DNA of 64,000 nucleotides, taken from the NCBI GenBank assembly GCA_044226625.1, contig JBGAGQ010000026.1, positions 13,775 to 77,774 of the forward strand, given 5' to 3'. Both the position numbers and the translations under genes were made by a program. The notes beneath the pieces were generated by a model. The model ran no database searches. It worked only from the letters and a program-made list of their open reading frames with translations, and was not told the origin of the DNA. Shown one piece after another: positions 1 through 8,304 of this stretch (position 1 is its first letter; each line of letters starts with the position of its first letter). Source of the stretch: Thermoanaerobaculia bacterium. GTDB lineage: Bacteria > Acidobacteriota > Thermoanaerobaculia > Multivoradales > UBA5704.

Positions 1-124
1 GAACGATTCGGCGGAGGGTTCGATTTCGAGCCTCCGCGCCTCGATTTCAAACCCGCCGTGCACAGCTTCTGAACCTGCTCACCGTTGGGAAGCCCTCGAG
101 CCCAAGAAGTCCGCGCGACCCGGG

Positions 125-700
125 CTACGGTCGATCCCCGTCGAGAGCGATCTCGGTTCCGTCGAGAATCGCCTCACGCACGGGCTTCCATTTCGCGTCG
201 TCGAGCTGCTGGTAGGGAATCTCCCAGGTGCCGCCCTTGCCTTGGCGCGCGCCGAGAATCAGCTCATGACGGCCCGCGACGAAGTTCAAGGCCCCGGGGC
301 CGGGATCGCAGCCTGAAAGGAGCAGGCGCTCATAGCGCGGAAGGTTTGGCTGGAGGCGATCGAGCGCCAGACCGTCCGTCGTCTCGGCGAGAAGGTAGAC
401 GAAGCCGTCTCGGCCGATTGCGATCGCTCGATAGGTCGCTCGGGGAACGGTTCCCGGCGCCGCCATCGCGCCGCTGAATCCACCCTTCTTCAAGGCTTCG
501 TCGAGGCGTTTCTGTTGCGCCTCGCGGTCTGCCGGTTTCCGCTCGAGCCACTCGATCTTGCCGGAGCCGAGAACCAGCTCGTTCTTGAGCAGGCCCGAGG
601 GCGAGTAGTGGCGGACCCTCGGCGAAAACTGGTGCGCCAACCACAGGTCACCTTCCGGGGTGAATGCGATCGACTGAGGCGGTACTTCGACGCAACTCAA
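125..700 (-). pseudogene. NHL/beta-propeller-like protein, probably 5'-truncated
   Basis: Begins with an NHL-like blade (PQSIAFTPEGDLWLA) and has a second (YRAIAIGRDGFVYLL). An in-frame TAG lies just upstream of the TTG start, there is no signal peptide, and composition turns lower-GC at about 690. Confidence 0.5.
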
Positions 701-805
701 ACTCAGCTATAGTTCCAACATCTAGGCAAGTAACGGGCCCGCAAAGAGCACCCTAGACTCTTGCCGCAGTTCAGCCTGCTCTAACCGAATAAGAGATGTG
801 TCGAC

Positions 806-3397
806 ATGCCGCCTACTGCCGATGTTTTCTCCGAGATCCTTAACTGGTCAAAAGATCGACCGGGCTGGCAGCGCGATGCCCTCCGACGATTGTTTTCTGA
901 GGGAGAACTCTCCGCAAAAGAAGTAGAAGAACTCTTACAGCTCTGTAAGTCTGCGCATGGCCTCGCCGAACCGACTTCTCCTAGGGTCCTCATGAAGGAG
1001 CATCTCGCCACTAAGGGGGATGGCGTTGACACGACCTGTTTGATTACGTTGACTCATCATCGCGGCGTGAATGCACTTGCTGCCGAACAAACCATTACTT
1101 TCGGCTCACATCTCACGATCATTTACGGCCAGAACGCGGCGGGAAAATCCGGATATGCACGCATTCTCAAGCAGGCTTGTCGTTCTCGATCCACCGAACA
1201 GATCCTTGGCAATCTCCTTAGTGGCTCTGTACCCGTAAAGTTGCAGGCTACAATAACATTTCGCCAAGGTCTCCAAGGTCAGGGTGTCAAATGGACAACT
1301 GGCTCACCTTCTTCAGACGCGCTCGCAGCAGTCAGTGTTTTTGATTCAGCATCAGCACCTGTATATCTACGAGACAAGACTGATGTCGCCTTCCGACCTT
1401 TTGGGCTTGACATCTTCGACCGTCTAGTCAGCCTTTGTAGTGAAGTACGAGGTAAGCTGGAGAGTGAAAAGGCTAAGCTGAACTCTCAGGTGCCAAACCT
1501 CCCCAAGCTTCCCGCCGGCACTAAGTCACAAAGATTGGTTGAGAATCTAACGTCGCTTACAAACCCTGCCGTGGCGCAGAATCTGGCGACGCTTTTGGAG
1601 AATGAGCAAGCGCGTCTAGAAGAACTGAGAGCACATCAGAGGGATCTTCTTGCAGCTGATCCTAAGAAGCGAGCGCAGGATCTCACCTCGAAGGCGGAAC
1701 GCATAGACTTCCTTAGCCGACATGTCAGCACTCTATTCTCACTCTTTCGCAGAAGTTCCCTCACGGAGCTTGGAAGTAGCGCTGAAGCCCTTCGGGTCGC
1801 CCAAGCCTCCCTGGAATTGGTGCGATCCGCCGCGCTTACAACCGAATTGCTTCTAGGAACTGGAGAGCAAACCTGGCAAGAAATGTGGAGAGCCACCGCC
1901 GAATTCTCGAAAGTAGCCTATCCTGAGGCAGAGTTTCCCTTCTTGGGAAGCGGAGCCCGCTGTCCCTTCTGTCAGCAAGAGATTAGCGGTGAGACCGAGA
2001 GACGACTCCGGAATTTCGCCGAATACGTCGCCTCAAGCGCGCAGGCGCAGGCCCAAGAGGCAGAAAAAACTTACTCCACGGCTCTTTCCAAAGTAAGACG
2101 AGCAGTTGTAAGACCCTCAGAGATTGACTTGATAGTCAACGAGCTTCGGTTGGACAATCCGCCTTTGGCCCAAGAAGTTGAGATCTTTTTCGACTCCACT
2201 ATACGCACTTTAGAGGGAATCGAGGGTGCCTTATCCGAGGGCGTTGGTTTCTTGGCAGGGCTCACGAAGACTCCTGAAGCCGAATTGCAGTCGCTAGCTT
2301 CACGGCTGCGCGAGAGGGCCGATCAGCTTCTTGGAGAGAAGCCGGTCATGAGCCCCGAAGCCATAACTGAGCTTAGGGAGCTTGAAGCACGAGCCACTCT
2401 CGCTTCGGGTTTGCAGGTTGTTTTGGACGAGATCGAGCGCAAGAAGCGTCTAGCCGCTTATGACCAGTGCATTGGAGATACAACGACCAATGCTATTACA
2501 AAGAAAAGCACAGAACTCACCTCCCGCTTGGTCACAGATCAGTTGCGAGCCGGATTCCAAGAGGAACTTGGGAGTCTTGACTTTCGACACTTGGCGGTCG
2601 AGATCCAAATGGCCGGCGGTGCAAAAGGTACGCTGTTCCATAAGCTTGTTTTCAGCAATGCTCCTGGAGTTGCTGTAACTAATGTACTCAGTGAGGGAGA
2701 ATCGAGGACCCTCTCGCTCGCGGCATTCCTCACCGAGCTCAAGACCGCATCAAGCCAAAGTACGATCATCTTTGATGATCCGGTCTCGTCTCTCGACGAG
2801 GAGTGGCGAGGACGGATTGCACGTCGGCTTGTCACCGAGGCGAAAAATCGACAGGTTATCGTCTTCACTCACGACCTCCTATTTCTGAGATTCCTCATGG
2901 ATGAGGCTAGGCGTCAGGAGGTGCCTTGTGCTCACCAGTACGTTCGGCGAGAGTATGAAGCCGGTATATGCTCGCCTGATCTTCCTTGGGTTGCAATGAG
3001 CAAAACCGATCGCATCGGTGTCCTCCGTAACCGCTGGCAGGCTGCCGAGAAGACGTTTCGCACTGACCGAACGAACTACGAAGCTATTGCCCGCGACATC
3101 TTTGGCCAACTACGCGAAGCATGGGAACATGCCACAATGGAAGTCTTGTTGAATGATGTTGTCGAGCGTTATCGTCACAGTATTGAGACCCAGAAGGTTA
3201 GGGTTCTTCATGACATTACTCCAGATGACTATAAGGCTCTCGAAGAAGGAATGGCGGAATGTTCTCGCTGGATGCGTGGACACGATAGGCCATCCGCGGA
3301 TGGAACTCCCTTTCCAGATCCGGAGACCCTCAAGCTTCAGATTGAGACCTTAGCGACCTGGGTGCAGAGCATTCGAACGCGAAGAAAAAGAAAGTAG
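806..3397 (+). CDS. RloC-like SMC/Rad50-type ABC ATPase with zinc hook and putative C-terminal HEPN nuclease
   Basis: Walker A GQNAAGKS, coiled coil with CPFC hook, signature LSEGE, Walker B IIFDD, D-loop SSLD, H-loop FTHD. The C-terminus has LREAWE and RWMRGH (Rx4H). GC is lower than in the flanks. Confidence 0.8.
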   Translation: MPPTADVFSEILNWSKDRPGWQRDALRRLFSEGELSAKEVEELLQLCKSAHGLAEPTSPRVLMKEHLATKGDGVDTTCLITLTHHRGVNALAAEQTITFGSHLTIIYGQNAAGKSGYARILKQACRSRSTEQILGNLLSGSVPVKLQATITFRQGLQGQGVKWTTGSPSSDALAAVSVFDSASAPVYLRDKTDVAFRPFGLDIFDRLVSLCSEVRGKLESEKAKLNSQVPNLPKLPAGTKSQRLVENLTSLTNPAVAQNLATLLENEQARLEELRAHQRDLLAADPKKRAQDLTSKAERIDFLSRHVSTLFSLFRRSSLTELGSSAEALRVAQASLELVRSAALTTELLLGTGEQTWQEMWRATAEFSKVAYPEAEFPFLGSGARCPFCQQEISGETERRLRNFAEYVASSAQAQAQEAEKTYSTALSKVRRAVVRPSEIDLIVNELRLDNPPLAQEVEIFFDSTIRTLEGIEGALSEGVGFLAGLTKTPEAELQSLASRLRERADQLLGEKPVMSPEAITELRELEARATLASGLQVVLDEIERKKRLAAYDQCIGDTTTNAITKKSTELTSRLVTDQLRAGFQEELGSLDFRHLAVEIQMAGGAKGTLFHKLVFSNAPGVAVTNVLSEGESRTLSLAAFLTELKTASSQSTIIFDDPVSSLDEEWRGRIARRLVTEAKNRQVIVFTHDLLFLRFLMDEARRQEVPCAHQYVRREYEAGICSPDLPWVAMSKTDRIGVLRNRWQAAEKTFRTDRTNYEAIARDIFGQLREAWEHATMEVLLNDVVERYRHSIETQKVRVLHDITPDDYKALEEGMAECSRWMRGHDRPSADGTPFPDPETLKLQIETLATWVQSIRTRRKRK

Positions 3398-3528
3398 TCG
3401 TCACCGAGACTCTCTCTACAAGGCACCAGTTCCGCTGTTCAACCTTCGACTTTGCCTAAAGAGCTTTGGTAAGCTTAAATAGCAGGACATCCCGCGTTCG
3501 AGTAGGCCCCTCCCCAACGTTGGTCCAC

Positions 3529-3638
3529 CTGCCGAAGCTTCAAGAGGGCGGTATTCGGATCGTCCGCGACGTAGCGCTCCACCAGCATTCCCTGGCGCAC
3601 GAGCTACTCGTCGTGGACCTTCAGTGGGGAAAATTGGT
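3529..3638 (-). pseudogene. hsdR: Relic of the N-terminus of a type I restriction subunit HsdR (EcoKI-like)
   Basis: Minus strand reads TNF/fs/LKVHDE*LVRQGMLVERYVADDPNTALLKLRQ, resembling the HsdR start (SNF.FL...AE.Y..DDPNT.L.K.R). It has an in-frame TAG at 3604-3606 and a frameshift. Confidence 0.7.
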
Positions 3639-3904
3639 CCGGACGACGGCCAAGCTCAGATCCTCTACGCGTTGGGCACGCTTCGAAAGCGGCCCGCAGA
3701 ATCATCCCGGGGTGCCGTGAGCAAGGCGTAGCTTAGTACGGCTGAATCCCCTATGCTCCGGAATTCGTGCTGGCAGGAAGCGACCGGTTGCTCGACGGCG
3801 CCCGGCGGGTTGCCCTGAAGACGAAAGGCTTCCCGGAGACCGGCTCTCCGAACGATCTCGCCAGCACGCCTCGATCGATCGGATTCGAGGTGTAGGATCA
3901 CCCC

Positions 3905-4120
3905 ATGCAACTCGCGACCGGTACTGTCGTTGGCGGAAGGGTCGTCATCGAGGGAGATCTCCTCCCCGAGGGCTCTGTCGTCACCATTCTCGCCCGCGAA
4001 ACCGATGGGACGTTCGAAGTGCCGGCCGATCTCGAACCGGAGTTGTTGGCATCGATCGCAGAGGCTGACCGAGGCGAGACCCTCTCCGCCGACGAGATCA
4101 TCGAGCGCCTTCGCCGATAG
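3905..4120 (+). CDS. Small antitoxin of a RelE/ParE-type TA pair
   Basis: 71 aa, paralogue of 61104..61331 (MQLATGTVVGGRV vs MKVATGTVVGGKV), acidic C-terminal E..RG helix. Confidence 0.75.
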   Translation: MQLATGTVVGGRVVIEGDLLPEGSVVTILARETDGTFEVPADLEPELLASIAEADRGETLSADEIIERLRR

Positions 4121-4132
4121 AGTCCGGTCGCG

Positions 4133-4231
4133 GTGCTCGAGGTAAAGGTCACCCGCCGAGCCTCGGCGCAGATCGAACGCGCTGCCGATTGATGGGCCGA
4201 CAACAGGCCCGGCGGCCCCGACGCTATCCGT
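4133..4231 (+). pseudogene. ParE/RelE toxin pseudogene (internal stop, truncated)
   Basis: VLEVKVTRRASAQIERAAD*WADNRPGGPDAIR aligns with the intact toxin at 60799..61107 (IEVSRRASLQIRTAAIWWQHNRPKAP). TGA at 4190-4192 replaces a Trp codon. Confidence 0.75.
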
Positions 4232-4264
4232 TATTCGAGAGGCGGACGTTTGTTGAGGATCGCC

Positions 4265-4365
4265 CCTGGGCTCGCCAGGCTCTAGCTAGCCTGGCGCCTT
4301 TGGCTTCTATTCTCCGAGGCACTCTCGCTGCGAAAAGCGCCAGGCTGGAGCCTGGCGAGCCCAGG
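4265..4365. repeat. REP-doublet/MITE-like element with about 33-37 bp inverted arms
   Basis: Left arm cctgggctcgccaggctc(tagc)tagcctggcgc matches the reverse complement of right arm gcgccaggctggagcctggcgagcccagg. Each arm has its own internal hairpin. Confidence 0.7.
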
Positions 4366-4430
4366 AAAGACGCTTGCAAAGTAGACTTCCGCCGCGGCTC
4401 GGGAGAGCCAGGGGGCGCGACCGGAAGCCC

Positions 4431-4850
4431 TCAGCCCAACCGGGCCGCCCGGTACGCCAACGCGATCAGAGGCGCCACCACGGCGAACTGCAGAATCGTG
4501 AAGCCGGTTTCGAGGAGCAGAAAATCGGGCACGGAGCTCATCTGGTATTTTGCCGCGACCGGCAACGTCGTGAACGACCAGGCGAGAATTCCGAAGACGG
4601 TGCCGAATTGGAGCGCGCTCTTCTTCCACGCTTCCCGGCGCGTGTCGAAGATGCGGGGATAGAGCCAGGCGAACAGCAGCGCCTGGATCGCCATCGAAGC
4701 CAGGCCGAGCGGGATGATCACCTCGCTGCGGTACATGTGGAGCTGCTCGTACTCGGCCTTGAACGTGGTGAGGTGCCACGAATAGCCGAGCGGAAAGGTC
4801 GGCAGAAGGTATGCCGCCACAGCCAGCCAGGAAAAACGCGTCCGCGTCAT
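4431..4850 (-). CDS. Four-TM membrane protein of unknown function (DUF1761-like)
   Basis: Four hydrophobic segments, a G..WH motif, RBS upstream, divergent from an HxlR regulator. Confidence 0.7.
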   Translation of the reverse strand: MTRTRFSWLAVAAYLLPTFPLGYSWHLTTFKAEYEQLHMYRSEVIIPLGLASMAIQALLFAWLYPRIFDTRREAWKKSALQFGTVFGILAWSFTTLPVAAKYQMSSVPDFLLLETGFTILQFAVVAPLIALAYRAARLG

Positions 4851-4906
4851 GATTCCCCTCCCATTAACTTGCTCTTTGCAAGCAGTCTAGGAAAATCGCT
4901 TGCGGG

Positions 4907-5359
4907 ATGCAAGTGGTAGGCTCCCTGGCGATGGACCGACGCGCCCCGAGATCCCGCCGCTCCGATTGCCCCATCAGCGTCGCGCTGGAGCTGATCGGCG
5001 ACGAGTGGTCGCTCCTGATCGTTCGCGACCTGATGTTCAAGGGTCTGAAGTCGTTCCAGGAGTTTTCCGACGCGGGCGAGCGGATCGCGACCAACGTTCT
5101 CACCGATCGCCTCGCCCGGCTCGAAACGGCGGGCATCCTCGCCCGCCGCCGCGATCCGGAAGACGGCCGCCGCTTCATCTACACCCTGACGGAAAAAGGC
5201 ATCGACCTCGCGCCGGTCCTCGTCGAAATCGTCCTGTGGTCCGCGCAGTACGAGGAAACGGCGGCCCCCGCCGAGGTCGTCGAAGCGATGCGAAAGCGGC
5301 GGCCGCAGTTCCTGCGCGAGGTCCGGGAGCGCTGGCTCGCGACCGCCGTACCTGGCTAG
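4907..5359 (+). CDS. HxlR-family winged-helix transcriptional regulator
   Basis: RSDCPIS.ALELIGD.WSLLIVRDL, L.DRL..L, Y.LT.KG motifs. The true start may be ATG 4931. Confidence 0.9.
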   Translation: MQVVGSLAMDRRAPRSRRSDCPISVALELIGDEWSLLIVRDLMFKGLKSFQEFSDAGERIATNVLTDRLARLETAGILARRRDPEDGRRFIYTLTEKGIDLAPVLVEIVLWSAQYEETAAPAEVVEAMRKRRPQFLREVRERWLATAVPG

Positions 5360-5862
5360 CCGCGCCCGGCCTGCCTCGCCATCGCCAATTCCGCCGGCCC
5401 AGGCAGCCCCAGAGCCTTGCGAAGAGCGCCGATGGCGCCCAGGTGATACCCCTCGTGAAAGGCGAGAAACGCGAGCTTGTCCCTCACGGTCTTCCCGTCG
5501 TGCGGACCGGCCGCTGGCGCGTCGAGCGCCGCCTCGGTAACGTTCCCTAGGGCGGCGGCAAGGGCGGCAGAGACGCGACCCCAATCGCTCCGCAGCGTCC
5601 CGAGGGAAGGATACCCCTCTCCGTCGGTCGCGGCGGTCGAGGCGAAGCGCTCACCATAGGCGTCCTCCTCCGGCGCGCCGAGGAGCGCGAGCGCGCCGCT
5701 CCGAAAGTGCAGCAGGTGGCCGAGCGACCAGGCGATCGAAGGGCCTTCCGGCTCGCGCGAGCGGGCGCGGGCCTGCTCTTCGGTGAGGTCGTCGAGGACC
5801 AGGGGAACGAGAAAATCGATGGTGCCGAACAGGGCGGCGAGCGTCTGGGCGCTTCCGGTCAT
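5356..5862 (-). CDS. DinB/YfiT-family protein
   Basis: SIAW.LGHL and HEGYHLG metal-binding His motifs, RBS upstream. Confidence 0.85.
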   Translation of the reverse strand: MTGSAQTLAALFGTIDFLVPLVLDDLTEEQARARSREPEGPSIAWSLGHLLHFRSGALALLGAPEEDAYGERFASTAATDGEGYPSLGTLRSDWGRVSAALAAALGNVTEAALDAPAAGPHDGKTVRDKLAFLAFHEGYHLGAIGALRKALGLPGPAELAMARQAGRG

Positions 5863-5916
5863 GGCATTCTCCTCAGCGGGTAGGAAGGGGTACGACGGAA
5901 AGCCGTACCTCCCGAA

Positions 5917-5980
5917 GACGAACGGGCCGCGCGAAACGATCCGGGCGGATCCCCGGATCCTTCGGCCTCGCTCGATCGTC
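5917..5980. promoter_or_regulatory. Back-to-back ECF sigma promoters, GGATC-N17-CGTC on each strand
   Basis: Minus strand 5942-5917 points toward dinB and plus strand 5955-5980 points toward the ECF sigma gene. The elements and spacing are identical. Confidence 0.65.
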
Positions 5981-6020
5981 GTAGCGAAGTGGGCGTACCG
6001 GATGCCCGCAGGAGATACCC

Positions 6021-6971
6021 ATGGATTTCGAGACGTTGGCCCGGGCGCGTGCCCAATTCGACGAGATGGTCGCCGAGACGCGGCCCCAACTCCTGCGCTA
6101 TTGCTCGCGGATGCTCGGCTCGGCGGTGGACGGCGAAGACGTCGTGCAAGAGGCGTTGGCCCGCGTCTACTATCGGCTGCCGCGGCTCGGCCAGGTCGAT
6201 AACCTGCGCGCCTGGCTTTTCCGGGTCGCGCACAACAAGGCGCTCGATCATCTGCGGCGTTACGACGTGCGCTTCGGCGAGCCCTTGGACGGAGAGCTTC
6301 CCGTGCCGCTCGACGAATCCCCGGTCGAGGCCGCGGAGCTCGCCGAGTGGGGGCTCTCCTACTTCACCCGGCTCACTCCCCTCCAGCGCAGCGCGGTGAT
6401 TCTGAAGGACGTCCTCTCCTATAGCCTGGAGGAGATCTCGGAGATCTTGGACGCGAGCGTGCCGTCGATCAAAGGGGCGCTCCACCGCGGCCGAGCGGCC
6501 CTGCGATCGGCGGGAGCGGAGGCGCCTCGCGTTTCTCTCGAAGGGGAGGACGCCGCGCTCCTGCGGCGCTACGTTACGCTATGGAACGCGCGCGATTTCG
6601 ACGCTCTGCGCGCGATGCTCGCAGAGGACGTGCGCCTCGACCTGGTCGAGAAGGCCGAAAAGAGCGGCGCCGCGTCGGTCGCCAACTACTTCGAAAACTA
6701 CTCGCGGCTCCCCGCCACCTGGGCCGAGCTGGGAACCGTCGACGGCCGCATCGCGATCCTGGTCCGCGACAGCCCCCTCGAGCCGCCGAGCTACTGCCTG
6801 TTCCTCCGCTTTCGGAACCAAAGGATCTTGGCCATCCGGGACTATCGCTACGCCCGCCACGTGTTCGCCGAGGCCGAGTGGAAGGCGGGCGAATCCCACC
6901 AGGCGCCGGGGCCGAAAGCCTGCGCCGCGCACGGAGGCGCGGCGCAGGGCTTCGAGCCGGAGTTCTCTTAG
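6021..6971 (+). CDS. ECF sigma factor with C-terminal SnoaL-like extension
   Basis: Region 2 (EDVVQE, AWLFRVAHN..LD) and region 4 (LTPLQR..VILKDV..YS..EI...L......KGALHRGR). The tail (WNARDFDALRAMLAEDV) is SnoaL-like. Confidence 0.9.
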   Translation: MDFETLARARAQFDEMVAETRPQLLRYCSRMLGSAVDGEDVVQEALARVYYRLPRLGQVDNLRAWLFRVAHNKALDHLRRYDVRFGEPLDGELPVPLDESPVEAAELAEWGLSYFTRLTPLQRSAVILKDVLSYSLEEISEILDASVPSIKGALHRGRAALRSAGAEAPRVSLEGEDAALLRRYVTLWNARDFDALRAMLAEDVRLDLVEKAEKSGAASVANYFENYSRLPATWAELGTVDGRIAILVRDSPLEPPSYCLFLRFRNQRILAIRDYRYARHVFAEAEWKAGESHQAPGPKACAAHGGAAQGFEPEFS

Positions 6972-6973
6972 AC

Positions 6974-7020
6974 GCCGGAGGCGAAGAAGAGAGCCCTTGA
7001 AGGCTTTCGTCGCCTCTGGC
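6974..7020. terminator. Long hairpin between convergent genes
   Basis: Imperfect inverted repeat gccggaggcga..gagcc / ggctttc.tcgcctctggc. Confidence 0.5.
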
Positions 7021-7028
7021 GACTCTTC

Positions 7029-7949
7029 TTAGCGGATTTCGCCGTTCAAACGATCCGGGAAGAAGCCGAAATTGGCGCTCGCTCCGCCGAGGTAGACGAT
7101 CTTGAGCACCTGGTTGGTGGTGCGGCTGTAGGCGATGCCGTTGGCGTCGGCCGGCACCAGGTTCGCCCTACCGCCCAGGAGGATCGGCTGGTCGCGGTCG
7201 CCCGGTCCGTCGGCCCGGTCGCGCAGGTCGGAAATGGCCTTGGCCGCTTTCGACTGCCGGATCGAATAGAGGATGTGTCGGATGATGCCGGCGTGGTAGG
7301 CCTCGACGGCCAGGATGCCCGCGGCCGCCTCGAGGACCGTCTTGTTGCGCAGGAGCGGCGCGGCCCCCTTGTAGGCGGTGACCCCCACGTCCTCGAAGAT
7401 GAAGGCGCCGAGCAGGAAGCTCGTCTCGTCGGCGAACGGGTCGAAAGTCTGTCCCTGCTGGATCAGGCCCGCGGCGATCGCGGCGTTGGTGAAGCTCTGT
7501 TCGAGATCGATCGTCGGCCGGGCGACCTGGTTCCCGACCAAAGCGGCGCGCAGGAACTTGACGTGCGCCTCCTCGTCGCGGGCGATCTCCTCGGCGAACT
7601 GGCGAAAGGCCTCGGTCTGGAACGGCACGGCCGAGCCGCCGATGACCTCCCCCGGGTCGCCGCTGCCCGTCACGTCGGAGTCGTCCAGGCCGCGGCCGAA
7701 CGCGGCGCGCAGGTAGTACTCGGCTTCCAGGTATTCCAGGTTGAGGGCGAAGTTCAAAACCGCGTTGTCCACCGCCTTGAGCCGGCCGACGGGGACGTCC
7801 GCCGCGAAGGCGGCGTCGAGCGGGCCTCCCAGCGCGGACAGCTTCGAGGCTCCGAGAACTCCCAAGGTCGTCATGCCCGCAGTAGCGATGAATCGTCGGC
7901 GGCTCGAAGTGGCAACTTCTTCTTCGAGGTTTTCCGGGGCGTCTGACAT
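7029..7949 (-). CDS. Tat-exported ferritin-like (desiccation-associated, Ferritin_2) protein
   Basis: SSRRRFI Tat motif; LNFALNLEYLEAEYY, DEEAHV, FEDVGVTAYKG and VEAYHAG motifs. Confidence 0.9.
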   Translation of the reverse strand: MSDAPENLEEEVATSSRRRFIATAGMTTLGVLGASKLSALGGPLDAAFAADVPVGRLKAVDNAVLNFALNLEYLEAEYYLRAAFGRGLDDSDVTGSGDPGEVIGGSAVPFQTEAFRQFAEEIARDEEAHVKFLRAALVGNQVARPTIDLEQSFTNAAIAAGLIQQGQTFDPFADETSFLLGAFIFEDVGVTAYKGAAPLLRNKTVLEAAAGILAVEAYHAGIIRHILYSIRQSKAAKAISDLRDRADGPGDRDQPILLGGRANLVPADANGIAYSRTTNQVLKIVYLGGASANFGFFPDRLNGEIR

Positions 7950-8013
7950 TCGGCACTCCTTTCTGATCGGTTGGCGGCATCCGGGGGCAGAGCCGCCACG
8001 GATTTCCGATCAA

Positions 8014-8029
8014 AGCAAGGGAAGTGCCA
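8014..8029 (-). promoter_or_regulatory. sigma54 -24/-12 promoter
   Basis: TGGCAC-TTCCC-TTGCT, a consensus match about 65 nt upstream of the ferritin-like gene. Confidence 0.75.
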
Positions 8030-8304
8030 CGAAATGCAAGATTTTTTCTATACCTTGAGGTTCGCCCCACCCGCCAAAAAGACGTCGCTTTGCTCCCTAC
8101 GCAGATTTCACGCTTTAGGATGACCGCGGTCCAAAATAAAAATTTTTTTGCCATTTTCTCCGGGAACTGATAACCGCGAGACTCCCCTCTCAAACCCTCG
8201 AGCGACGCGTGGGATCGCGCTCCCATTCGGCGAAGCGGTGTGGGACCCTCCCGCCGCGCCGAGCCCCGGCGCGGCAGGAGGGTCAGCTCAGAAGTTGTCA
8301 GGCG

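Noticed and set aside
18-60. tcgatttc repeated at 21-bp spacing at the window start
   Set aside because: Only two clear copies are visible, so it cannot be evaluated without upstream sequence.
3766-3868. Possible hammerhead ribozyme or structured RNA (CTGAAGA-C-GAAA within a 9-bp closing stem)
   Set aside because: There is no stem II between CUGANGA and GAAA and no convincing stems I/III; a chance match is likely.
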